Positions 28,087-38,298 of a stretch of 64,000 nucleotides of DNA are shown piece after piece (the stretch's first letter is position 1; each line of letters begins with the position of its first letter). The notes under the pieces are model-generated. The model was not told where the DNA came from. It did not search any database and saw only the letters and a program-made list of their open reading frames with translations. The translations under genes were made by a program, and so were the position numbers. The stretch is taken from positions 384,001 through 448,000 of the forward strand of contig CAVTQK010000021.1 of assembly GCA_963736855.1 (NCBI GenBank), read 5' to 3'. The stretch comes from an uncultured delta proteobacterium (lineage in GTDB: Bacteria; Desulfobacterota; Desulfobacteria; Desulfobacterales; UBA2156).

Positions 28087-30074
28087 TCGAAAACCATGCG
28101 CTTTTTCAAATCCCGGATCCGGTCCCTCAGTTGGGCCGCCCTTTCGAAAGCCAGCTCCGCCGCTGCCTGTTTCATTTCGGTTTCCAGAGAGGCGATATGG
28201 GCTTCCAGGTCTTCCGGTTTTCCATAGTCGGCCGCAGGCTCACGGACCCGATCCACCGTGACGTAATCGGCTTCGTAGACCGACTCGAAAATGCGGCCGA
28301 TCTCTTTTTCCACGGTTTCGGGGGTGATGTGGTGCACCCGGTTATATTCAATTTGTATAGTCCGGCGCCGGGCAGTTTCCTCGATGGCTTCTTTCATGGA
28401 TTGGGTCATCTTATCGGCATAAAGGATGACTTTTCCCATCACGTTTCGGGCAGCCCGTCCGAAGGTCTGGATGAGGGAACGCCGGGAGCGTAAAAAACCC
28501 TCCTTGTCGGCATCGAGGATCACCACCAGAGAGACCTCGGGAATGTCCAATCCCTCCCGAAGCAGGTTGATACCCACGAGGACATCGAATTTTCCGATCC
28601 TCAACTCCCGGATGATCTCCATCCGATCAAGGGTGCTGATGTCCGAATGAAGGTATCGTACACGGATACCCAGGTCCGACAGGTATTCCGTGAGATCTTC
28701 CGCCATCCTTTTGGTCAGCGTCGTAACCAGGATGCGCGCGTCCTGATTCTTCCGCAGCAGGATCTCCTGGAACAGGTCATCCACCTGATTGCAGGCGCTT
28801 CTGACCTCCAACTCGGGGTCGGCAAGGCCTGTGGGACGCACGATCTGTTCCGCTACGGCATCCTCCGCCTGCAACAGCTCATAATCGGCCGGTGTGGCAG
28901 AGACATAAACCACCTGGGAAACCCGGGTATTGAATTCCTCGAAGGTTAGGGGCCGGTTGTCGAGAGCCGAAGGGAGGCGGAATCCATACGCCACCAGGGT
29001 TTCCTTACGGGACCGGTCACCCAGGTACATCCCCCGCAACTGAGGGACGGCGATATGGCTCTCATCGATGAACAGCAGGAAGTCCTTTGGAAAATAATCC
29101 AAAAGGGTGGGTGGTGGTTCCCCGGCCTTTCTTCCGGTAAAATGGCGGGAATAATTCTCGATGCCGGTGCAATATCCCAACTCGGCGATCATCTCGAGAT
29201 CGTATCGGGTCCGCTCATCGATCCGCTGGGCCTCGATGAGCTTTTCTTCCCTTCTGAATGCTTCGATCCGATCTTTCAGTTCCGTCTTGATAGCCTCGAT
29301 GGCCCTCAGGGCGCGGTTTTTCTCGGTTACATAATGGCTTGCCGGAAAGAGAGTCACTCTCTCAAGCCGTTTCTTGGTTACTCCCCGCAGGGGATCGATT
29401 TCGGCGATTCCTTCGATCTGGTCTCCGAAGAACTCGACCCGGATGGCCCGGTCCTCCTCGTAGGCAGGAAAGATTTCCACTCGATCCCCTCTCACCCGGA
29501 ACACGCCTCGATGAAAATCATAATCGTTGCGCGAGTAATGCATGGTCGCCAGATCGGATAGCAATCGATCCCGGGACAGGCTTACGCCGTTCATCAAGTC
29601 CACCCGCATGGCCAGGTAATCTTCAGGGGCCCCCAGGCCGAAGATGCACGAGACGCTTGCAACCACGATGACGTCACGCCGGGTCAGAACGGACCGTGTG
29701 GCTGAATGCCGGAGTTTGTCGATCATCTCGTTGATGGAGGAGTCTTTCTGAATATAGGTATCGGTGGATGGAATGTAGGCCTCGGGCTGGTAGTAATCGT
29801 AATAGCTTACGAAATATTCCACCGTGTTTTCCGGGAAAAAGCCTTTGAACTCGTGGTACAGTTGGGCGGCCAATGTCTTATTCGGGGCAATGACCAGAGT
29901 GGGCCTTTGAATGGCGGCAATGACATTGGCCATCGTGAAGGTTTTCCCCGACCCGGTCACCCCCAGCAGGACCTGATGCCGCTTCCCGGATGCAATGGAT
30001 CCGCAGAGGGAGGCAATGGCTTTGGGCTGGTCCCCTTTTGGGGTGAAATGGGAAGTCAGCTTGAATTCAGGCAT
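28080..30074 (-). CDS. uvrB: Excinuclease ABC subunit B
   Basis: [43 protein letters not shown]-terminal UVR domain. Confidence 0.98.
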   Translation of the reverse strand: MPEFKLTSHFTPKGDQPKAIASLCGSIASGKRHQVLLGVTGSGKTFTMANVIAAIQRPTLVIAPNKTLAAQLYHEFKGFFPENTVEYFVSYYDYYQPEAYIPSTDTYIQKDSSINEMIDKLRHSATRSVLTRRDVIVVASVSCIFGLGAPEDYLAMRVDLMNGVSLSRDRLLSDLATMHYSRNDYDFHRGVFRVRGDRVEIFPAYEEDRAIRVEFFGDQIEGIAEIDPLRGVTKKRLERVTLFPASHYVTEKNRALRAIEAIKTELKDRIEAFRREEKLIEAQRIDERTRYDLEMIAELGYCTGIENYSRHFTGRKAGEPPPTLLDYFPKDFLLFIDESHIAVPQLRGMYLGDRSRKETLVAYGFRLPSALDNRPLTFEEFNTRVSQVVYVSATPADYELLQAEDAVAEQIVRPTGLADPELEVRSACNQVDDLFQEILLRKNQDARILVTTLTKRMAEDLTEYLSDLGIRVRYLHSDISTLDRMEIIRELRIGKFDVLVGINLLREGLDIPEVSLVVILDADKEGFLRSRRSLIQTFGRAARNVMGKVILYADKMTQSMKEAIEETARRRTIQIEYNRVHHITPETVEKEIGRIFESVYEADYVTVDRVREPAADYGKPEDLEAHIASLETEMKQAAAELAFERAAQLRDRIRDLKKRMVFEW

Positions 30075-30087
30075 GAGGGGGTGCGGA

Positions 30088-31527
30088 CTACCGGATCTTC
30101 CAGACGGTTCCGTCGGGCCGATCCTCCAACAGGACGTTCATGGATTCGAGTTTCCGGCGGATTACATCGGCCCTGGCCCAGTCTTTGGCTATCCGGGCTG
30201 CGGTTCGTTCGGTTACAAGTGCATCCACGGCAGCGGCATCGACCTGCTTTTTCTCCTGCAGACGTGCCTGCCTGCCTTCGAAATAGGCCTTGGGGGATTC
30301 GGTCAAAATCCCCAGAACGGCTCCTATTTTCCGAACGTCCCGGAGTTGCCGTATCAGTTGTTGTTGAAAATCGTTGCCGACGAACGCCGTTGTCTCGTCC
30401 ATGAGCCGATTGATTTGCCTTGCGGCTTCAAAGAGAACCCCGATCCCCTGGGCGGTATTGAAGTCATTGTCCATGGCCTCGCAGAAACGAGCCCAGTGAT
30501 CCCCGGGTTCATATTGTATCCCGACATCGTCGGTTCCCAAAACCGTTTGCGTGCGTTCCATGAGGGCATAAAGCTTGTCCAGACCGGCACCGGCCTCCTC
30601 CATGTGCTGGGGAGTGAAATCGATGGGGCTTCGGTAGTGGCTGGAAAGAAGGAAGAGCCTTAAAGCCTCCGGATGGTGCTCCTTCAGCAGATCCCGGATC
30701 AGGAGGAAGTTACCCAGGGATTTGGACATCTTCTCCTGGTTGATATTGACGAATCCGTTGTGTACCCAGTAATTTACAAAGGGTTGACCGAAGGCGGCTT
30801 CAGACTGAGCAATTTCATTTTCATGGTGCGGAAAGACCAGATCCTTTCCTCCGCCGTGGATGTCGAAGGTCTGCCCCAGGTATTCGCTGCTCATGGCCGA
30901 GCATTCGATATGCCATCCCGGCCTTCCGGCGCCCCAGGGGCTTTCCCAAAAAGGCTCCCCGGGTTTGGCGGATTTCCAGAGGACGAAATCGAAGGGGTTC
31001 CGCTTTCGCTCATCCACATCCACCCGGGCTCCAGCCTCCATATCTTCCAGCTTCCGGCCGGAAAGCTTGCCATAGCCACTGAAGGCGGTTATCGAAAAAA
31101 AGATATCCCCGTCCACTGCATAGGCGTATCCCTTTTCCATAAGAAGTCGGATAACCCGGATGATCTGCGGGATGTGGTCAGTGGCCTTGGGTTCGAATGT
31201 GGCCCGGTCCACTTTCAGGGCGTCCATGTCCTGATGGAACTCATGGATGTATTTTTCCGCAAGATCCTTCGGATCGATTCCCAGCTGGGCCGCCCTCTGG
31301 ATGATCTTGTCGTCGATGTCCGTAAAATTGCGTACATACGTCACCTCAAATCCCCGAGATCGGAAGTAACGTGCGATGACGTCGAAAACCACGACGGAAC
31401 GGGCGTGGCCGATGTGGCACGAGTCGTAAACCGTGGGCCCGCATACATACATCCGGACCATACCGGGTTCTTTCGGCACGAAAATCTCTTTTTTCCCCTT
31501 AAGGGTATTATACAGGCGAATGCTCAT
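30088..31527 (-). CDS. cysS: Cysteine--tRNA ligase
   Basis: [34 protein letters not shown]. Confidence 0.98.
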   Translation of the reverse strand: MSIRLYNTLKGKKEIFVPKEPGMVRMYVCGPTVYDSCHIGHARSVVVFDVIARYFRSRGFEVTYVRNFTDIDDKIIQRAAQLGIDPKDLAEKYIHEFHQDMDALKVDRATFEPKATDHIPQIIRVIRLLMEKGYAYAVDGDIFFSITAFSGYGKLSGRKLEDMEAGARVDVDERKRNPFDFVLWKSAKPGEPFWESPWGAGRPGWHIECSAMSSEYLGQTFDIHGGGKDLVFPHHENEIAQSEAAFGQPFVNYWVHNGFVNINQEKMSKSLGNFLLIRDLLKEHHPEALRLFLLSSHYRSPIDFTPQHMEEAGAGLDKLYALMERTQTVLGTDDVGIQYEPGDHWARFCEAMDNDFNTAQGIGVLFEAARQINRLMDETTAFVGNDFQQQLIRQLRDVRKIGAVLGILTESPKAYFEGRQARLQEKKQVDAAAVDALVTERTAARIAKDWARADVIRRKLESMNVLLEDRPDGTVWKIR

Positions 31528-31539
31528 ACGTGTTTTGAA

Positions 31540-32016
31540 TCAGCGGCTTTCTTCCAGGAGGGCCACACACATGGCGCTGATTCCCTCTCCTTTCCCGATG
31601 AAACCCAGTTTCTCTGTGGTGGTGAACTTGATGTTGATTCGGGATGCATCTAAACCAAGAACCTCACCAACGGCAAGAGCCATCTTTTCCCGGAAAGAGG
31701 AAAGCCTGGGGGCCTCGGCGGCAACCACGGCGTCCACATTGGCGATCTGAAAACCGGCATCCCGGATCCGGTCCCGGACCTGGGCCAGAAGGGTTAGGCT
31801 CGAAACGTCTTTGAACCGGGGGTCGGAGTCGGGAAAATGCAGCCCGATATCTCCAAGACCTGCACCCCCCAGAAGCGCGTCGCAGAGGGCATGTAAAAGG
31901 ACATCCGCATCGGAATGCCCTAAAAGCCCTTTTTCAAACGGGACAGGAACTCCTCCTATGATCAGGCGCCGCCCTTCTGCCAGCCGGTGAACATCATATC
32001 CCATTCCCACGCGCAT
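31540..32016 (-). CDS. ispF: 2-C-methyl-D-erythritol 2,4-cyclodiphosphate synthase
   Basis: GYDVH, GHSDADVLLHA, GDIGLHFPD, TTTEKLGF. Confidence 0.97.
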   Translation of the reverse strand: MRVGMGYDVHRLAEGRRLIIGGVPVPFEKGLLGHSDADVLLHALCDALLGGAGLGDIGLHFPDSDPRFKDVSSLTLLAQVRDRIRDAGFQIANVDAVVAAEAPRLSSFREKMALAVGEVLGLDASRINIKFTTTEKLGFIGKGEGISAMCVALLEESR

Positions 32017-32120
32017 ATGCTCTTCCCAATCCAAACAAGGGTTGTTGAAATTGAAGCTAAATTTATATCAGGATACCAATAGAGACACAAGCGGCGGAGC
32101 GATTCAAACCAAACATGGCG

Positions 32121-35021
32121 TTACGTCGGCTTTTGGTCCAGCACGGAGCGGACGACCGTGGACAATTTCGCGATTTCGATGGGCTTCATGATCATCGCCC
32201 GGATTCCCTCTTTCTTTGTCTTTTCCTCGGATATCCGTTCGCTGAAGCCGGTGCAAAGAATAATCGGGATATCCGGACGGATTTCCAGGAGGGTCTGGGC
32301 CAGCCGAAGCCCCGTCATTTTGGGCATGGTCATGTCCGTGATGACTAGGTCGAAGGCTTTAGGATCGGATCGAAACCATTCGAGGGCTTCCGCTGAGTCC
32401 GGGGTGCTTTTCACCCTGTAGCCGAGCATTTGCAGGATCTGGTTGTTCAAATGTACCACCGACTCCTCATCGTCGACAAAAAGGATCCGCTCCTTCCCTT
32501 TGAGGATCGTTTTCTCGGATTCCGGTACGACCTCGGAGCTTTTATCGGTGGCCGGGAACAGAAGCGTGAAGGTTGTCCCCTTCCCTCTCTCGCTGTTGAC
32601 AATGGTCATCCCATTGTGGGCCTTAACGATCCCATGGACCACGGCCAGTCCCATTCCGGTCCCCTGCCCCACTTCCTTAGTCGTAAAAAATGGATCAAAG
32701 ATCCGATCGATATCTTGGGGATCGATCCCCTTTCCTGTGTCTTTGACCGTAAGCGCAACATATCGACCCGGGTTCAGATTGGGATAAGGAAAATCGACAC
32801 CCTCGTTGACCGCCACACTATTCAATCGGATTTCCAGGATTCCTCCCTCTTCCTGCATGGCATCCCTGGCGTTGGTGCACAGGTTGATGAGGACCTGGTG
32901 GATTTGTGTAGCATCGCCCAGGATCGATCCCGCATCTTCATCAATGGAGCCACGGATCTCAATAAGGGAGGGAATAGAAGCCCTCAAAAGCCGCAGGGAT
33001 TCTTTTACCAGGGACGCCATTTGTACAGTTCCTTTCTTGACTTCCGACTTCCGACTGAAGGATAAAAGTTGACGAACGACATCCCTTGCCCGCACACAGG
33101 CCAAGCGCGACTCCTTCAAATTATGCCGTGCCGGGTTCCATTCCGGAACGTTCTCAAGGGCTAACTCTGTGTTTCCTAGAATGATGGCAAGGATGTTGTT
33201 GAATTCATGGGCGATTCCACCGGACAGAGTCCCGATGGCTTCCATCTTCATCGCTTGCTGAAGCTGAGCCTTGACCTTTTTTTCCTCTGTGATGTCCCTG
33301 ATGGCGATGATGCTGTTGAGTATCTTGTTATCTTTGTCTCTTGTAAAAGCGCCGCTGATAGCGACAGGGATCTTTTTTCCGTCTTTGGTCAGCCGCAGCG
33401 TTTCCACACTCAAGAAACGTTCCCCGGAAAGCACTTTTTGTATCATGGCCCGTGTTTCCGGCCAGGCTTCTTCCGGAACGAAATCATCCAGTTTTTCCCC
33501 GGCTCTTTCTTTCAAGGACCATCCGAAGACTTCCGTAAAAGCATGGTTAAAATAGACGACCCGGCCTTCCATGTCGTAAACGACCATCGGGTCCGGGCCA
33601 GCTTCCAGCACCGAACGGTACTTTTCCTCGCCGGTCCTCAGCGCCTCCTCCATCTGCTTCCGTTCGGTGATGTCAGAGGCCACCTGCAGCCGAACCATGC
33701 GGCCGTCGATCCAACGGATGGCGCGGTCATAGTTGATGTACCATCTATGGGTGATGGGATTCTGTCCTTCCCATACCTGAACACCCGAGGCATCTCCTTC
33801 GGCGTCCAGGAGCCGCTCATTGTTGCAACAGGAACAGGGTGATGACTCTCCTCGGAACACCTGGAAGCACTTTTTACCCACGGCGTCTTCTCCGAAAAGG
33901 GTTTTCATGTGCCGGTTCAAGAAGAGGATCTCATGGGTCTTCAGGTCAGCGACACATATGGTGGCGTCGATGCTGTCGAGGATGGAAAGCAATTGCGCCC
34001 GTTCGAACATCAAATGCTTTTCAGCTTCTTTCCGTTTCTGGTCCTCTTTGACGATTTCCCATGCCCTCATGACGAGATAGACAAAAAGAATCCCTCCTAA
34101 AAATAAAAGCCCGACAACCAGAATCAGTCGTAGCCTCAGGCTCTCCAGGACTAAAAGCGCCTCTTTTTCGCTGAATGTTACCGCCAGAGACCAGAAGGTA
34201 TCGGAAAAATGGATCGGCAAATAGGCCGCATGCATGGGTTGCCTTTCATTGCTTTTTTCCGATAAAGACTCGGCGAGATAAATTTCCAAACCTTCTTTTC
34301 GTTGAAGCATTTGTCGGAGCACGGACATGAAGCCTGATGAATTCGGCACAGTTTCAAAAACTGATTTCCCCTCATGACCCCGCAGGGAAGAGTAGATCTC
34401 AATTCCTTGGGCCGTGACCAGGTGTACCGTTCCGTTTGTTCCGATGCGGATACCGTCGAGAACCCCCCGGCCTATCTCGCGAAAATCCAACAAAACGGCT
34501 AAAGTTCCTCGGAATTCCGGGCCGCTGAAAACCGGCACATGCACGGCAATGGCCGGATACCCCTGCACCGCTTTAAAAACATCGCTGATCACGGGTGTTC
34601 GGGTCGTTAAAATTTTCCGGACATGCTCCTGTGAAGTTATATCAAGACCGATGACTTTCGGGTCCTCGGGTAAGGTATAGAAGATTTTCCCATGTTCGTT
34701 TACGCGGGTCACGGCCCGGATATGGCCGCCGAAAGCGCCAAGGATAAATGCGATCCGATCCTTTCCTGCGCCGTCCAGATCAACGATGTGCCGGCTTTTC
34801 GCCGCCTCATTAAGGATATCAATCCATCGAGTGATGGATTCCTTGATCCCTTTTACAGCCTGTTGGGCGGACATCGTCTGTATGGCGTTCAGATCTTTCA
34901 GTGTCCTCTTTCTGGCATCGCCATAGATCCGGTAAAGGAGAAAAAGGCTCAAAGCGATCCATGCCAAAAAGAGAGCCCATCGAACTGAATATTTCATGGG
35001 AGTCTCCAATAGTCGAACCAT
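32121..35021 (-). CDS. Hybrid sensor histidine kinase (Cache-like sensor, 2 PAS, HisKA, HATPase, REC)
   Basis: Two TM segments, GIAHEFNN H-box, DPFFTTK/GTGMGL, FVDDE...DMTMP...KP receiver. Confidence 0.93.
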   Translation of the reverse strand: MVRLLETPMKYSVRWALFLAWIALSLFLLYRIYGDARKRTLKDLNAIQTMSAQQAVKGIKESITRWIDILNEAAKSRHIVDLDGAGKDRIAFILGAFGGHIRAVTRVNEHGKIFYTLPEDPKVIGLDITSQEHVRKILTTRTPVISDVFKAVQGYPAIAVHVPVFSGPEFRGTLAVLLDFREIGRGVLDGIRIGTNGTVHLVTAQGIEIYSSLRGHEGKSVFETVPNSSGFMSVLRQMLQRKEGLEIYLAESLSEKSNERQPMHAAYLPIHFSDTFWSLAVTFSEKEALLVLESLRLRLILVVGLLFLGGILFVYLVMRAWEIVKEDQKRKEAEKHLMFERAQLLSILDSIDATICVADLKTHEILFLNRHMKTLFGEDAVGKKCFQVFRGESSPCSCCNNERLLDAEGDASGVQVWEGQNPITHRWYINYDRAIRWIDGRMVRLQVASDITERKQMEEALRTGEEKYRSVLEAGPDPMVVYDMEGRVVYFNHAFTEVFGWSLKERAGEKLDDFVPEEAWPETRAMIQKVLSGERFLSVETLRLTKDGKKIPVAISGAFTRDKDNKILNSIIAIRDITEEKKVKAQLQQAMKMEAIGTLSGGIAHEFNNILAIILGNTELALENVPEWNPARHNLKESRLACVRARDVVRQLLSFSRKSEVKKGTVQMASLVKESLRLLRASIPSLIEIRGSIDEDAGSILGDATQIHQVLINLCTNARDAMQEEGGILEIRLNSVAVNEGVDFPYPNLNPGRYVALTVKDTGKGIDPQDIDRIFDPFFTTKEVGQGTGMGLAVVHGIVKAHNGMTIVNSERGKGTTFTLLFPATDKSSEVVPESEKTILKGKERILFVDDEESVVHLNNQILQMLGYRVKSTPDSAEALEWFRSDPKAFDLVITDMTMPKMTGLRLAQTLLEIRPDIPIILCTGFSERISEEKTKKEGIRAMIMKPIEIAKLSTVVRSVLDQKPT

Positions 35022-35030
35022 CGACCCGGA

Positions 35031-35867
35031 TCAATCTTTATAAACCCGGTCCGACATTTCCTGACGAAATCCGTGTCGGAGGGCAAGCTTTTTGAACATT
35101 CTGGCCAATCCGACGCAAAGGGTGAATAAAGATCCGATATCTAAATTTTTTCCGGCGGTTCCATCGAGATAGAGGTTGAGGCTGGACTCAAAGTTTTCTT
35201 CAGGGATCCAATAACAGATCATCAGTGGAATTTTCGGCAGCGGATATAATACCACGGAGATATCGGATTGAAACTGAGGCGCCACGGCCTTTCCATCGAA
35301 AATGTGGACCAAATCGTCGAAAAGGCCGGTGAAGGTGTCGGCGACCCGTTTCATGGCCCTTTCACACCGCTTCTGAAAGAGCGCATAACGTTCCCGTCCC
35401 CCTTCGAGTTCCCGAAAAGAGACCCAATTGCCGGAAACCGGGAGCCCTGCTCCGTAAAGCACATAATTGAGAAAAGGGACAGCAATCCAGGGATTGACAT
35501 GGATGTCTCCATGGAAATTCCCGTTTCCATCGATGCTGAAAGGCTTTCCCATGACCTTGAGGGTCAACCGGCCGTTCGAAAAGCGGCCCCCGCTCCGCTG
35601 CGCGGCCTCTGAAAGATCCAAGTTTACCACGGCCCCTTGCAAGCGCAATAAATATTCTTCACCTTCAGGTTTCGGAACATCCTGGATTTTGCCGCCCGGA
35701 TCGAGGCGTTGGATGGTTTTTTCGTTAAGCTTTGGGCATGCTCGGATCGATTGTCGTCTCAGAAAGACTTCACCGGCAAAGGCCAGACAGGTCTTTTCTC
35801 CACACCGCCGACAGTTGGACTTGTCGAGATGTTTAAAAATGTCCATGACCGTTTTTGGGCCTTCCAT
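35031..35867 (-). CDS. Fe-S cluster domain plus DUF3786-like protein
   Basis: N-terminal NCRRCGEKTCLAFA...CP four-Cys motif; start uncertain (35867 or further upstream). Confidence 0.7.
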   Translation of the reverse strand: MEGPKTVMDIFKHLDKSNCRRCGEKTCLAFAGEVFLRRQSIRACPKLNEKTIQRLDPGGKIQDVPKPEGEEYLLRLQGAVVNLDLSEAAQRSGGRFSNGRLTLKVMGKPFSIDGNGNFHGDIHVNPWIAVPFLNYVLYGAGLPVSGNWVSFRELEGGRERYALFQKRCERAMKRVADTFTGLFDDLVHIFDGKAVAPQFQSDISVVLYPLPKIPLMICYWIPEENFESSLNLYLDGTAGKNLDIGSLFTLCVGLARMFKKLALRHGFRQEMSDRVYKD

Positions 35868-35989
35868 GTCAATCCCCGCTCTCGGTCCTTCAGGTACACG
35901 ATTTGACAATATAGGATTCTTCTATTAATGGATTAAAATTATCAAATAGTCCAAAATCAACCTTTTCAAAAGAAAAAATCGGGGGAAGA

Positions 35990-36418
35990 ATGGCTGCCAA
36001 GACGACTGTACGGTGGATCGACGGAAAACATTTCGTCGGCATCGACTCGACTCATCATTCGGTGGTCCTGTCGGGACAAAGCGACGGGATCGGGGTCAAA
36101 CCCTCTGAAATGCTCCTCATCGCTCTTTCCGCATGCTCCGCTGTGGACGTGGTTCAGATTTTAGAAAAAAAGCGCATCGCGCTTTCATTCCTGGAGGTGG
36201 TGACCACTGTGGAACAGGATCCCCAGCCGCCTTGGGCTTTTCGGAAATTCCACCTGGTATACCGTCTTTCCGGAAACAATTTGACCCCTAAGGCTGTGGA
36301 GCAGGCGATCACCCTCTCCCAGGATAAATACTGCTCGGTGGGCGCCACGCTCCGGAGTGTCCCGCAAATCACCACCGAGTATGTCATCCAGCCGGAAAAA
36401 AACTCGAGTCCGGGTTAA
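35990..36418 (+). CDS. OsmC/YhfA family protein
   Basis: KPSEMLLIALSACSAVDV and KYCSV two-Cys pattern. Confidence 0.9.
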   Translation: MAAKTTVRWIDGKHFVGIDSTHHSVVLSGQSDGIGVKPSEMLLIALSACSAVDVVQILEKKRIALSFLEVVTTVEQDPQPPWAFRKFHLVYRLSGNNLTPKAVEQAITLSQDKYCSVGATLRSVPQITTEYVIQPEKNSSPG

Positions 36419-38298
36419 GGGACCTCGGATCCCCATAGGGCGTCCTTTAGTCCGGATCGACGCCGGATCTTTCTTGATACCGTGCGGCGTATCACCTCTT
36501 CGCTTCCCCACAAGACCACCCGGTGCCGGGCCCGGGTGATCCCTGTGTACAGGAGCTCCCTCGTAAGAAGGGGAAGGTCGGCATCCGAAAGGATTAATAA
36601 TACCTCATCAAACTCAGAACCCTGGCTTTTATGAACCGTCATGGCGAAAGCGGTTTCATGCTCCGGAAGCCTGGAAATGGGAACGACCCTGAGGTTTCCA
36701 TCGGTTCCTGGAAAAACCGCATAGAGGCCTTTTTCAGGATCGGACCATATCAAACCCGCATCTCCGTTGAAAAGCTCTGTTTCATAATGGTTCCGGGTGA
36801 TGAGAATCGGCATACCGCGGTATCCCAATCCGTACCTTAGCGCGCCGGTGGGGATTAGACCCTGGCCCTGGAAGAGCTTTTCTGCAAAAGCATTGATCGT
36901 CTCCACTCCAAACGGCCCCTTATTGACGGCGCACAGAATCCTGAATCGTTCCATCGCATTTAAGGCTTCTTGCGGGTCTTGGGCTTTCAGACACGGCTTA
37001 AACCCTCTCAGTACCGCTGCAGAAAGGATCTCCTGATATTCATCAGCCCTTATTCCGGGAACCCACTCGATGTCATCAAATTTTTCAGAGCAGAGGACAT
37101 CCAGCACCCCATCCGCATCCCCTTGGATTACCGCTCGGCTCAATCGTCCGATTCCGCTCGTCTCGGAAAACCGATAATTCTTTTCAAGCGAAACGATGCA
37201 ATCCGAAAGTCCTCTCTCTTGGCCCTTCCGGAGGCCAATCGTGCCTTCTGGGAGACCCAACGCGGCCTCCAGTTCCCTGGCCGTCTCTTTGACATAACCG
37301 GATGGACGTGCACCGCCGCAGATATCTTTTAACACATGACCCGCTTCCACGGAGGCCAGCTGGTCGCTGTCTCCCATAAGGACGACCCTGGACGGCTCCG
37401 GCAAGGCCCGGAAGAGTCCGGCCATGAGGGGTAAATCGATCATGGACGCTTCATCAACGATCACCAGGTCGGCCGGGAGCGGGTTTTTTTCATTAAAACG
37501 AAAATCGGTTCTTCCGGGAACGCTTCCCAGCAAGCGGTGAAGGGTAGCGGCTTCTTCCGGTATCATGGCCTTGACCGTGTCGCTGACCGGAAGGAAACCC
37601 TTGGCAAAACGGATGGATTCCTTGAGCCTGGCTGCTGCTTTTCCGGTAGGGGCCGCCAGATGGATCCGCAGTTTTCGTGGCTCTTCGAGTTCGCTGACCA
37701 GTGCGAGGATTTTTGCTGCCGTGAAGGTCTTGCCGGTTCCCGGTCCCCCGGAGATGACGCAGAGACTGCGGGTGGCGGTGATGTAGGCAGCCGCTCCTTG
37801 CCGATAATCCGATGCGGAAGCATTCCAGGGGAAAAGCCGTGCAAGGGCTGCTTTCAGTCGATTCCTGGAAAACTCTGAAACCGGCATCTGAGCCCGGCTG
37901 AGAATCTTTTTTGCAAGGGATGTTTCATCCTGCCAGAAACGATGCAGGTAAAGCCGGGCTTCCGTATCCAAAACCAAAGGGGTGAACGTATCCCCTTTTC
38001 CCACCATGCGGTTTTGTTTCAACCCTTTCAGCCAGGGCTCGGCCGCCGGGCAGACGAGTTCCGGCATTCCGGTTTCCGCTTCCAACAGACACTGACTTCC
38101 GATTTCTTTCAGGTCCATGCATATATGCCCCATGGCTACGGCACGGCTGGTCAAAGCCGCTGCCATGAAAAGATCGAAATCATCGGAACCCGAAAGCCGA
38201 AGGATCAGGAGGCCGAAGCGGACATCCAATGCCGACAGGATCCCTTTTTCAAAAAGTCGGGGTGAAACGGACGCCAAAAGGCTTTGCGTAAGATTCAT
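36415..38298 (-). CDS. recD: Exodeoxyribonuclease V alpha subunit
   Basis: GGPGTGKT, APTGKAA, TLHRLL, VDEASM, AMTVHKSQGSEF, LLYTGITRA. Confidence 0.96.
   Translation of the reverse strand: MNLTQSLLASVSPRLFEKGILSALDVRFGLLILRLSGSDDFDLFMAAALTSRAVAMGHICMDLKEIGSQCLLEAETGMPELVCPAAEPWLKGLKQNRMVGKGDTFTPLVLDTEARLYLHRFWQDETSLAKKILSRAQMPVSEFSRNRLKAALARLFPWNASASDYRQGAAAYITATRSLCVISGGPGTGKTFTAAKILALVSELEEPRKLRIHLAAPTGKAAARLKESIRFAKGFLPVSDTVKAMIPEEAATLHRLLGSVPGRTDFRFNEKNPLPADLVIVDEASMIDLPLMAGLFRALPEPSRVVLMGDSDQLASVEAGHVLKDICGGARPSGYVKETARELEAALGLPEGTIGLRKGQERGLSDCIVSLEKNYRFSETSGIGRLSRAVIQGDADGVLDVLCSEKFDDIEWVPGIRADEYQEILSAAVLRGFKPCLKAQDPQEALNAMERFRILCAVNKGPFGVETINAFAEKLFQGQGLIPTGALRYGLGYRGMPILITRNHYETELFNGDAGLIWSDPEKGLYAVFPGTDGNLRVVPISRLPEHETAFAMTVHKSQGSEFDEVLLILSDADLPLLTRELLYTGITRARHRVVLWGSEEVIRRTVSRKIRRRSGLKDALWGSEVP

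Noticed and set aside
30673..31653. Long antisense ORFs (e.g. 30673-31653, 39399-40373, 51884-52948, 63266-63883)
   Set aside because: Shadow frames opposite well-supported genes, with no protein motifs.
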